Assembly (NCBI GenBank): GCA_900546715.1
Contig: UREA01000001.1
Location: forward strand, 9,141 to 73,140
Direction: 5' to 3'
DNA: 64,000 bases
Source of the DNA: an uncultured Mycoplasmatota bacterium
Lineage (GTDB): Bacteria; Bacillota_I; Bacilli_A; RF39; UBA660
The notes under the pieces are model-generated. The model did no database searches, was not told the DNA's origin, and saw only the letters and a program-made list of their open reading frames with translations. This document shows positions 47,182-54,796 of the stretch, piece after piece; within the stretch, counting starts at the first letter, position 1; each line of letters opens with the position of its first letter. The translations under genes and the position numbers were made by a program.

Positions 47182-47859
47182 TTAATTCCTTACATCACTA
47201 ACTATTTTTCCATCTTCAATTGTGATAATCCGATTACAAGATGCCGCAATTTCTAAATCATGAGTAATAACAATAATTGTTTGATTATATTTTTCATTAG
47301 ATTTTTTTAACAGAGACACAATTTCATCACTAGCTTTAGAATCTAGGTTCCCTGTTGGTTCATCCGCTAAAACTAAAGCAGGATTATTAATTAAGGCTCT
47401 ACCAATTGATGCTCTTTGTTGTTCTCCACCAGAAAGTTCATTAGGTAAATGCTTTTTTCTTTTACTTAAACCTAGAGTTTTAATTAAGTCATCTAAATAA
47501 TCCCCATTAACGCTCCTATTATCAAGTTTCGCTGGCAAAGTAATATTTTCTTCAATATCAAGTATGGGAATTAAATTATAAAATTGGTAAATTATCCCAA
47601 CTTGTCTTCTTCTAAAAATTGCTAGGGCATCATTATCCATTTCATAGATATCCACGCCATCAATAAATACTTTACCTGTACTGGGTCTATCTACACCTCC
47701 AAGTAAATGTAAAAGTGTTGACTTACCACTACCTGATGCTCCAACAATAGCGACAAAATCTCCCTTTTCTACTGAAAAAGAAATGTCATCAACAGCTTTA
47801 ACTATTGTTTCGCCTTTTCCATAAATTTTTGATAAATGTTCTACTTTTAAAATTTCCAT
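47182..47859 (-). CDS. ABC transporter ATP-binding protein (MacB/LolD type)
   Basis: Walker A GASGSGKSTLL, signature LSGGEQQR, Walker B VLADEPTGNLD. Confidence 0.9.
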   Translation of the reverse strand: MEILKVEHLSKIYGKGETIVKAVDDISFSVEKGDFVAIVGASGSGKSTLLHLLGGVDRPSTGKVFIDGVDIYEMDNDALAIFRRRQVGIIYQFYNLIPILDIEENITLPAKLDNRSVNGDYLDDLIKTLGLSKRKKHLPNELSGGEQQRASIGRALINNPALVLADEPTGNLDSKASDEIVSLLKKSNEKYNQTIIVITHDLEIAASCNRIITIEDGKIVSDVRN

Positions 47860-47923
47860 TTAATCAGTCCTTTCAATATTAGTATATTTTTCTAAAATGA
47901 CTATTAAATGACTTTTTATTATT

Positions 47924-48670
47924 TTAGACAAAATTAAAGGAATTATCATAATATTCTATATTTTCTATTCTATATAATATATCTAAATACTCTTCTTCTA
48001 AATCCGTATTAGAAAAATATATATATTCCCCATCCACTATCCAATCATCTTTATTATCACTCAGAAAAGTATAAAATTCTTCATATAAATCAAGCACACT
48101 TAAAACAAAATCTAAATTTGATTCAATAGTTAAAGCATCATCTTCAATTGAATCAGCATCAAATATTAATTCCTTATAATAATCTTTATAATAACTAAAT
48201 ATATTATCATTTAGATAAGACAAAACTACATTTTCTTGTAATAAATTAACAAAATTTTCTTGTATATCCGTAATTTCTAAAGAAACATCACTAATTATTC
48301 TCAAAGAATCATTAAATTCTGGCATATCACTATAAAAGTTTTCCATACTTAAAACCATTATAAATTCTTCATTGTCATTTAATTCATCAATTCTTCTAGC
48401 ATAATATAATATATCTTTCAAATACTCTTTGGTAGCTTTTTCCACTACTAAATAATCACCAGAACTAACATAATTATTTAATAAATCATCAATTCTCGGA
48501 TCAAACATATCATAATTTACTAAATAATCTATTTCTGATAAATTATTTTCAATTTTTAATTCTTGATTTACACTATAAAATATTACGCTTCCAAAAAATA
48601 TGGCAGCAATTACAAATATACTTGATAATGTAAGAATAATTCCTATTGTTAATTTACTAGTCCTCTTCAT
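47924..48670 (-). CDS. Hypothetical membrane-anchored acidic protein
   Basis: Start at ATG 48670 (MKRTSKLTIGIILTLSSIFVIAAIFF..). Extracytoplasmic Asp/Glu/Tyr-rich domain. Confidence 0.5.
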   Translation of the reverse strand: MKRTSKLTIGIILTLSSIFVIAAIFFGSVIFYSVNQELKIENNLSEIDYLVNYDMFDPRIDDLLNNYVSSGDYLVVEKATKEYLKDILYYARRIDELNDNEEFIMVLSMENFYSDMPEFNDSLRIISDVSLEITDIQENFVNLLQENVVLSYLNDNIFSYYKDYYKELIFDADSIEDDALTIESNLDFVLSVLDLYEEFYTFLSDNKDDWIVDGEYIYFSNTDLEEEYLDILYRIENIEYYDNSFNFV

Positions 48671-48763
48671 AATTATCACTACTAAAATTTTATCATAAAT
48701 TACCAAATAATAACAGAGTAAATACTTTAATTTGACAAATAATAATTATGGGAGGTAAAGATT

Positions 48764-48979
48764 ATGAAAGATATTCCTGAAATGATATCTACAAAAGATA
48801 GTGCATACATAAAAGATATGTTTAATTGGAATTATGTAGCGTATAAAAAGTTTGATAGTTATTTAGAATCTATTCAAGATGAAGAGATTGCTAAATTAGT
48901 TGAAAATTTAGTAGATTTACATTTTAATAATTGTAATACTATTTTAAACTTATTAGAAAGTGGTGGATCAAATGAGTGA
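48764..48979 (+). CDS. Spore coat protein, CotF-like (small)
   Basis: 71 aa. Coat_F-like pattern (STKDSAYIKDMFNWNYVAYKKF...) and paired with a second Coat_F-like ORF. RBS GGGAGG upstream. Confidence 0.5.
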   Translation: MKDIPEMISTKDSAYIKDMFNWNYVAYKKFDSYLESIQDEEIAKLVENLVDLHFNNCNTILNLLESGGSNE

Positions 48980-49226
48980 TAAAGAATATATCATGGATAT
49001 ACTGGATACAGAAAAAAGTATGTCCGTCAATATGACATATGCTTTAAATGAAGCAAGTTGTGATAAATTATATAAAGAATATTTCAAAATGTTTGAAAGT
49101 ATCAATAAATCTGCTAAAGAAGTATTTAATCTAGCTTATAAAAATGGTTTTTATGAGTTAGAAGAAGAAACAGGTACTAAAATTAATAAAGCAATTAAAA
49201 CATTAACTGAAGAATTAGAAAAATAA
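48972..49226 (+). CDS. Spore coat protein, CotF-like
   Basis: MSDKEYIMDILDTEKSMSVNMTYALNEASCDKLYKEYFKMF.. fits the Coat_F family. ATG 48972 with GGTGGA upstream. Confidence 0.6.
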   Translation: MSDKEYIMDILDTEKSMSVNMTYALNEASCDKLYKEYFKMFESINKSAKEVFNLAYKNGFYELEEETGTKINKAIKTLTEELEK

Positions 49227-49230
49227 AATT

Positions 49231-49262
49231 AAGGATTGGTTTTTAAATCAATCCTTCTTTTT
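49231..49262 (+). terminator. Rho-independent terminator of the cotF-like operon
   Basis: AAGGATTG-loop-CAATCCTT followed by CTTTTT. Confidence 0.65.
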
Positions 49263-49301
49263 CTGTATAATAATATTTTTACACATGCTAATGACATATT
49301 T

Positions 49302-49409
49302 TTGACATTCATTTGAACTTGTGATATTATACTTACAGAAAGCCGAACAATTCGTGAAACGGGTGGGCAATTGGAGCCCTCTCACGCAGTAACGATTGTT
49401 CGGTTTTTA
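49302..49409 (+). ncRNA. Candidate stand-alone small RNA (~70 nt) with its own promoter and terminator
   Basis: TTGACA (49302-49307), 17 nt, TATTAT (49325-49330). The transcript folds into one long imperfect hairpin: CCGAACAAUUCG (49343-49354) pairs with CGAUUGUUCGG (49393-49403), with inner stems CGUGA/UCACG and GGGC/GCCC, followed by UUUUU. Confidence 0.4.
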
Positions 49410-49420
49410 TGTATGTTTTT

Positions 49421-50941
49421 TTATTCAACTATAGAACTAATATTATTAAGTCTTTCTTCTAGTTCAGCAATTTTATCTTCTAATTCACTAATTGTTTCGT
49501 CTTTATTGTAATTTTCTTCTTCTAATCTATTAATTTCATTAATGTAATATGATTCTTGTTCCATTTCTTCCTCATACTTGTTTTGTTCTAAAATAGTATT
49601 ATTTTTCAATGTTTCAATATTACTTGAACTGGTTGTAATAGTAATACTTACATAACTTAAATCATCATAATTATATAAAACTTTATCTTTTAAATCATCT
49701 TTAAGTAAGTCTAGGTAATTCATAGTTTTATTCCATGGAACATAACTATAAGCATTTAAATATTTATTAAATATTTCCACATTCATACTTAAATAATCTT
49801 CATAATATTCTACATTTACTTTTATTTGATCAGTTAAAGTATCATCAACTACATATTCTAAATCATAATAGCCACCAATTGAAACTACTAAATTATCTTG
49901 CATATCAAAAACATATTCTTCGTTTTCTAATTTAGCATTAATAGGAAGTCTATCAATGTATTCTACTCTAGTAAATTCATAAGTGGCAGTAGCACAACCA
50001 ATACCAAATACAACAATACTACTCATAAATACCCAAAACATTCTTTTAAAAGGAATAGTACTACTTAACAAAAATCTAATTAATAGTTCTGTAATAATTC
50101 CTAAAACAACTGTTGCTCCAAGTAAAGTTATAAATACTCCGATAAAATGAATGCCAATAAATTCAGCAATTAAAGATAGAGTTGTACCAATTACTAGTAT
50201 TATAAAAAATAGTAAAACAAGCATCAATATAAAGAATAAACATATCTTAATAAATATTGTAAATAATCTTCCTAGTACATCAAAAATAACAAATGAATGT
50301 TTTTCGGCTTTTTCTGGTATTTTTATTTCTTCTTTAATAACTTCTGTTTTTTCTTCACTTTCTTCTTTATTAACTTTTTCTTTTACTTTTGCTACACCAT
50401 TATATTTATCTAGAAATCTACTTTTATAAACAAAGATAAATATTGTAACAAATAAAATAAGATAAATTACATTTGATAAAAATAACCAAATACTATTTAA
50501 AATATCAAATGCTTTTGGAGAAAAATTAATAAATATATCTCGTACTGATGCATTAATATAATTAAATGGTATTTTTAAAACTAATAATATTAAAAATAAA
50601 ATTATTAATTCTGTAATACATTTAGCAAGTTCTTTTTTGCTCATATTTTTAAACATTTCAATACTTTTATTAATCATATCAAGTATTGCATAGAAGATGT
50701 TGCTAAAATTATTTTTCTTCTTATCCATTATATTCTTATCAGTAATTTCATCATTAGTTAGTTCATCTAGCGAAACATTAAATATTTTACATAGACTTAA
50801 TAATTTATCCATTTCGGGGTATGTTGTACCACTTTCCCATTTAGATACTGATTGTCTTGAAACATCTAGTAAATCTGCTAGTTGTTCTTGAGAGTAACCT
50901 TTTTCCTTTCTTAACTTTTGGAGTTTTTCACAAAACTTCAT
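49421..50941 (-). CDS. XRE-family HTH protein with multiple TM segments and C-terminal coiled coil
   Basis: 506 aa. MKFCEKLQKLRKEKGYSQEQLADLLDVSRQSVSKWESG (HTH_3), several TM helices, extracytoplasmic domain, Glu-rich coiled coil at the C-terminus. Confidence 0.8.
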   Translation of the reverse strand: MKFCEKLQKLRKEKGYSQEQLADLLDVSRQSVSKWESGTTYPEMDKLLSLCKIFNVSLDELTNDEITDKNIMDKKKNNFSNIFYAILDMINKSIEMFKNMSKKELAKCITELIILFLILLVLKIPFNYINASVRDIFINFSPKAFDILNSIWLFLSNVIYLILFVTIFIFVYKSRFLDKYNGVAKVKEKVNKEESEEKTEVIKEEIKIPEKAEKHSFVIFDVLGRLFTIFIKICLFFILMLVLLFFIILVIGTTLSLIAEFIGIHFIGVFITLLGATVVLGIITELLIRFLLSSTIPFKRMFWVFMSSIVVFGIGCATATYEFTRVEYIDRLPINAKLENEEYVFDMQDNLVVSIGGYYDLEYVVDDTLTDQIKVNVEYYEDYLSMNVEIFNKYLNAYSYVPWNKTMNYLDLLKDDLKDKVLYNYDDLSYVSITITTSSSNIETLKNNTILEQNKYEEEMEQESYYINEINRLEEENYNKDETISELEDKIAELEERLNNISSIVE

Positions 50942-51076
50942 AATTCACCACCTCGCCATAATTCTATTAAAAAAATTAAAGTTTAACTACCAACTTTCAG
51001 TTGCATCTTGTTGGAATTAGGTTGCATTTCGCTGCACTTAACATATTCTGATATTTTTTGGCAACCGGGTAGCAAA

Positions 51077-52297
51077 TTAATCTAAATATCTAATATTAAT
51101 ATCAACATCGCCATTGATACCTGCAACTCTGCCATTATTACAAAGTTGCCAAAACTCATAATCTCCTTCATAATTAGTTTTAGTTGTATAATGCGCAAGC
51201 CATACTGGATAATCTCCCTTAAACCAAATATCCTCTAAATAATTTTTACTACTATAAAGCATTCCTTCGTATCCGGCATCCCTAACAGTTTTAACAAAAC
51301 TATCAGCCATATTAGATAGACCAAAAAAACTTAAATTAAATTCATTATAAAAACTCCAGTTTTCCCAATCAAAAGCAATTGGTAAATCCACTTTGTAATC
51401 CTTGATTTGTTCAAGTACCCACAACGCATCACTTATTGCCCTATCTTCACTATTTGCATATGAATAAAAATAAATTCCAACTGGAATACCTGTCTCATTT
51501 GCCCCCTTAATATTTTGTTCAAACTTACTATCAACTAAATTTTCGCCATTTATACCACTAGATGTACCAACCCGAATGATAACAAACTCTACTCCGGCCT
51601 CTTTAAGAGCATTAAAATCAACATCGCCTTGCCACTTGGAAATATCGATACCAATCTCTGTATTTTCATTTTTATGAGCATCTACTACTTCCGAAAATAA
51701 GGTTTTAGTACTAACTCCTCCACTAGAAGTACCACTAGTCTTAGGTTCACGAACAATTAAATTAAATTCTTTTTCAGTAACATTACCACTATCATCGGTT
51801 GCCTTAAATACTAAAGGATAAGTACCGGCCTCTGACATGTCATATTCTCCTATAACCTCACAAACCGGATCATTATCATAGTTATCGCCACATAATATTT
51901 TATCAGTTAGGGAAATATCACTACCAACATTTACCGTATAACTGTTATTCAACCAAATCAAAGGAGCAACATTATCAACAATATTAATTTCATAATTATA
52001 TTTTACTTTGATATTATCATCATTTATATATTCAAATTCAATTTTCTTTTTACCAATATCTGTTGTGTCAATCACATAATCATCTACAATTGTTCCATTA
52101 ATATCACTAATAAAATCAGATACTTTAACATCACTTAAAAAATCTGTTTCTAATGTTTCATCTAAAGTAACTTTAATAACAGCATTTTTAACCCTTAAAT
52201 AATTAATTAAAAAGTAACTACCTATACCAATGATTATAACTAAAAAACAAATTATAATTATAATATTTTTTTTATTTAAAAATTTTTTTAAAGACAT
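51077..52297 (-). CDS. Membrane-anchored GH25 muramidase with Ig-like domains
   Basis: 406 aa. TM anchor, Ig-like region, then a GH25 signature GIDISKWQGDVDFNALKEAGVEFVIIRVG ... DWENW. Confidence 0.8.
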   Translation of the reverse strand: MSLKKFLNKKNIIIIICFLVIIIGIGSYFLINYLRVKNAVIKVTLDETLETDFLSDVKVSDFISDINGTIVDDYVIDTTDIGKKKIEFEYINDDNIKVKYNYEINIVDNVAPLIWLNNSYTVNVGSDISLTDKILCGDNYDNDPVCEVIGEYDMSEAGTYPLVFKATDDSGNVTEKEFNLIVREPKTSGTSSGGVSTKTLFSEVVDAHKNENTEIGIDISKWQGDVDFNALKEAGVEFVIIRVGTSSGINGENLVDSKFEQNIKGANETGIPVGIYFYSYANSEDRAISDALWVLEQIKDYKVDLPIAFDWENWSFYNEFNLSFFGLSNMADSFVKTVRDAGYEGMLYSSKNYLEDIWFKGDYPVWLAHYTTKTNYEGDYEFWQLCNNGRVAGINGDVDINIRYLD

Positions 52298-52346
52298 AAT
52301 ATACCACCTAGTAAAAGTATATATTAAATATAATTTTTATGCAACA

Positions 52347-52469
52347 TTAACCAAACAATTTAATAACATAAACAATTATCATGAGTATTACTATAACAAA
52401 TAAAACAAAAATAAATACCCTAGCTGTTGCTTTAATTTCTTCAATTAATTCTCTAATTTTATAAAGCAT
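52347..52469 (-). CDS. Small single-TM ORF (40 aa) upstream of the muramidase gene
   Basis: Own translation MLYKIRELIEEIKATARVFIFVLFVIVILMIIVYVIKLFG. RBS and leader GGTGGTGAATTATG identical to that of the 49421-50941 gene. Confidence 0.4.
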   Translation of the reverse strand: MLYKIRELIEEIKATARVFIFVLFVIVILMIIVYVIKLFG

Positions 52470-52567
52470 AATTCACCACCATTTAAAGCATAAAAAAATT
52501 AGTAGTTAAATTCTACCAATTTTCAGTTTCTTTTTGTTACTTTTCAGTTTATTTTTAGCTTTGCAAC

Positions 52568-52876
52568 CTAGTTTACATCATTTATTTCTTCCCATTTAGC
52601 AGTAATTGTTAAATCTTCTTTTACAGGTTCATCAAAATTATATAAAGTATCATCAACATACCAACCCACAAATTCAAAACCTTCATAAGTTGGATCCTCT
52701 GGTTTTGTAACAGTATCATTTATTTTAACTTCTTGAGTTCTTATCCCTGGACCTAATCTAACATCAAATGTTACTGTAAAAGTTCTAAAATAATTAAAAT
52801 ATAAAAAAGCTCCTAGGACTATAATTATTAATAAAACTCCTCCTAGAATAATTTTTTTTGTATCAATTTTTTCCAT
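52568..52876 (-). CDS. Membrane-anchored protein with Listeria-Bacteroides (InlB B-type) repeat
   Basis: Start ATG 52876 (GAGGTG upstream). TM, then YEGFEFVGWYVDDTLYNFDEPVKEDLTITAKW, typical of the Flg_new repeat. Confidence 0.6.
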   Translation of the reverse strand: MEKIDTKKIILGGVLLIIIVLGAFLYFNYFRTFTVTFDVRLGPGIRTQEVKINDTVTKPEDPTYEGFEFVGWYVDDTLYNFDEPVKEDLTITAKWEEINDVN

Positions 52877-52887
52877 TTTCCACACCT

Positions 52888-53769
52888 CTAATTCCATTTC
52901 ATATTATATATAACTCTTGCTCCATCACTTGTCGCAGTAACTAATTGATAAACATCTTTTTTTATTACATCACCAATAGCATAAACGTTTTTTATTGGTG
53001 TCTCTAATTTTTCATCAACAACAACATAACCTTGTTCATCTAATATCTCTTTTGGTACAAATTCTGTTGCGGGACGATAACCAATATAAATAAATACTCC
53101 TGCAACATTTAAATTTTCTCCATTATCTAAAATAATTGATTCTAATTTTCCATCTTTTTCTTGCATCTTTTTAATATTAGCATTATATATTATTTCAATT
53201 TTAGAATTATTCTTAACCTCATCCACAAGCATTTCTTCGCCTCGAAATCCATCACGACGATTTATCAAATAAATTTTATCAACTATTCTTGCTAAATATA
53301 ATGCCTCTTGTAAAGCACTATTACCTGTACCCACTACTGCAATTGTTTTATTTTTATAAAAATTAGCATCACACATAGCACAAGTAGATAATCCTCGACC
53401 TAACAAATCCTTTTCATTGTCCAAACCTAAATATTTAGGTTTTCTTCCCATAGCTAAAATTATTTTTTTAGCTTTATATTCCTGATTAGTAGTTGTAACT
53501 ATTAGTTCATCACTACTTAAATCTAATTTAGTTACTTCTTCTAATACAAAAGGTATATCCATAGATTTAACTTGTTCTAATAAAATTTGAGCAAAATCCG
53601 GCCCCTTAATATCAATTAATCCAGGATAATTACTAATCATATCAATACTGTTAAGTAATCCTCCAGGCATTCCTTTATCAATAATTAAAACTTTCTTATT
53701 ACTTCTTTTAGCATAAATTCCAGCAGTAATACCTGATATACCCATACCAATAATTATTATATCGTACAT
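52888..53769 (-). CDS. trxB: Thioredoxin-disulfide reductase family flavoprotein
   Basis: 293 aa. FAD motif IIIIGMGISGITAG, redox CxxC (CAMCD), NADPH motif VVGTGNSALQEA, C-terminal GD motif (YAIGDV). Confidence 0.8.
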   Translation of the reverse strand: MYDIIIIGMGISGITAGIYAKRSNKKVLIIDKGMPGGLLNSIDMISNYPGLIDIKGPDFAQILLEQVKSMDIPFVLEEVTKLDLSSDELIVTTTNQEYKAKKIILAMGRKPKYLGLDNEKDLLGRGLSTCAMCDANFYKNKTIAVVGTGNSALQEALYLARIVDKIYLINRRDGFRGEEMLVDEVKNNSKIEIIYNANIKKMQEKDGKLESIILDNGENLNVAGVFIYIGYRPATEFVPKEILDEQGYVVVDEKLETPIKNVYAIGDVIKKDVYQLVTATSDGARVIYNMKWN

Positions 53770-53781
53770 GTTGTCTCCTCC

Positions 53782-54591
53782 TTAAAATCTAACAGCATTA
53801 GTTGAATCTTGATCATATAAATCTTCATATCGTCCTTTTCTACTAGTAATCATTAACATAAGTAGACCAATTATAATCATCACAACAGATACTATTTGTG
53901 CCACTTTAAATCCTCCAAGCATTAAAGAATCAGTTCGCATAGACTCAATTACAAAACGTCCCAATCCATACCACATCAAGTATATTGCTGTTGGTTGACC
54001 AACTTTAACTTTAGGTAATCTTCTAACAATAAGAATAATTATTACACCAATAAAACACCATAGGGACTCATATAAAAATGTTGGTTCATAATATATTTCT
54101 CCAATATTCATACCATCAATAATAAACTGTGGAATATGTAAATTTTGCAAGTGTTCTAGTGTTGTTGCTGCCCCATGGGCTTCCTGATTAAAGAAATTAC
54201 CCCATCGCCCAATGGCTTGAGCTAAAAGTAAGGCTGGAGCTACAAAATCTAATAATCTTACTAAACGAGCTTTATATTTTTTACAATATATAAGACAAGT
54301 AATAAGACCAAAAATAATGCCTCCGTGAATAGCTAGACCACCTTCCCAAATTTTAAAAATATCCCAAAAATTAGAATATAAATCTAAATTAAAAACTACA
54401 AAATAAAGACGAGCTCCAATAATTCCAAAGATTATCGCCCAAAAACACATATTAAACACAAAATCTGTTGGATAATTATGTCTTTTAGCTTCCTTCATAA
54501 TCATAATTATTGCTAAGAATGCCCCAACTATAATAAGTGCTGAATACCATTCTATTTTAAAATCACCAATTGTAAATAGATATCTATCCAT
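53782..54591 (-). CDS. lgt: Prolipoprotein diacylglyceryl transferase
   Basis: 269 aa. Conserved HGGIIFG and GRWGNFFNQEAHG motifs. Confidence 0.9.
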   Translation of the reverse strand: MDRYLFTIGDFKIEWYSALIIVGAFLAIIMIMKEAKRHNYPTDFVFNMCFWAIIFGIIGARLYFVVFNLDLYSNFWDIFKIWEGGLAIHGGIIFGLITCLIYCKKYKARLVRLLDFVAPALLLAQAIGRWGNFFNQEAHGAATTLEHLQNLHIPQFIIDGMNIGEIYYEPTFLYESLWCFIGVIIILIVRRLPKVKVGQPTAIYLMWYGLGRFVIESMRTDSLMLGGFKVAQIVSVVMIIIGLLMLMITSRKGRYEDLYDQDSTNAVRF

Positions 54592-54796
54592 ATTTAGCCT
54601 CCATATTCTTTATATATATTTTATCAAATAACTAATACATTGTCTAGAACACTCTTTTGTTCACTTGTTATTTATACTTTAATAAGACAAAAGCACTCAA
54701 TTTACTTCAGTAGATTAAGCGCTTATCCAAATTAGAATACTTTAAGTATTTTCTTTTTTATTTTATGCAAATCTCCTTAACATATTCATAAATATT

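Noticed and set aside
49337-49409. Identity of the candidate sRNA with SRP (4.5S) RNA, 6S RNA or a known riboswitch.
   Set aside because: It has no SRP domain IV motifs (GGAA/AGCA loops). It is far too short for 6S RNA. There is no downstream gene in sense orientation for a riboswitch, and none of the riboswitch cores I know fits.
54647-54662. GAACA-N6-TGTTC inverted repeat upstream of lgt as a LexA box.
   Set aside because: The GAAC and GTTC cores are 8 nt apart, not the 4 nt of Firmicute LexA sites, and lgt is not an SOS gene.
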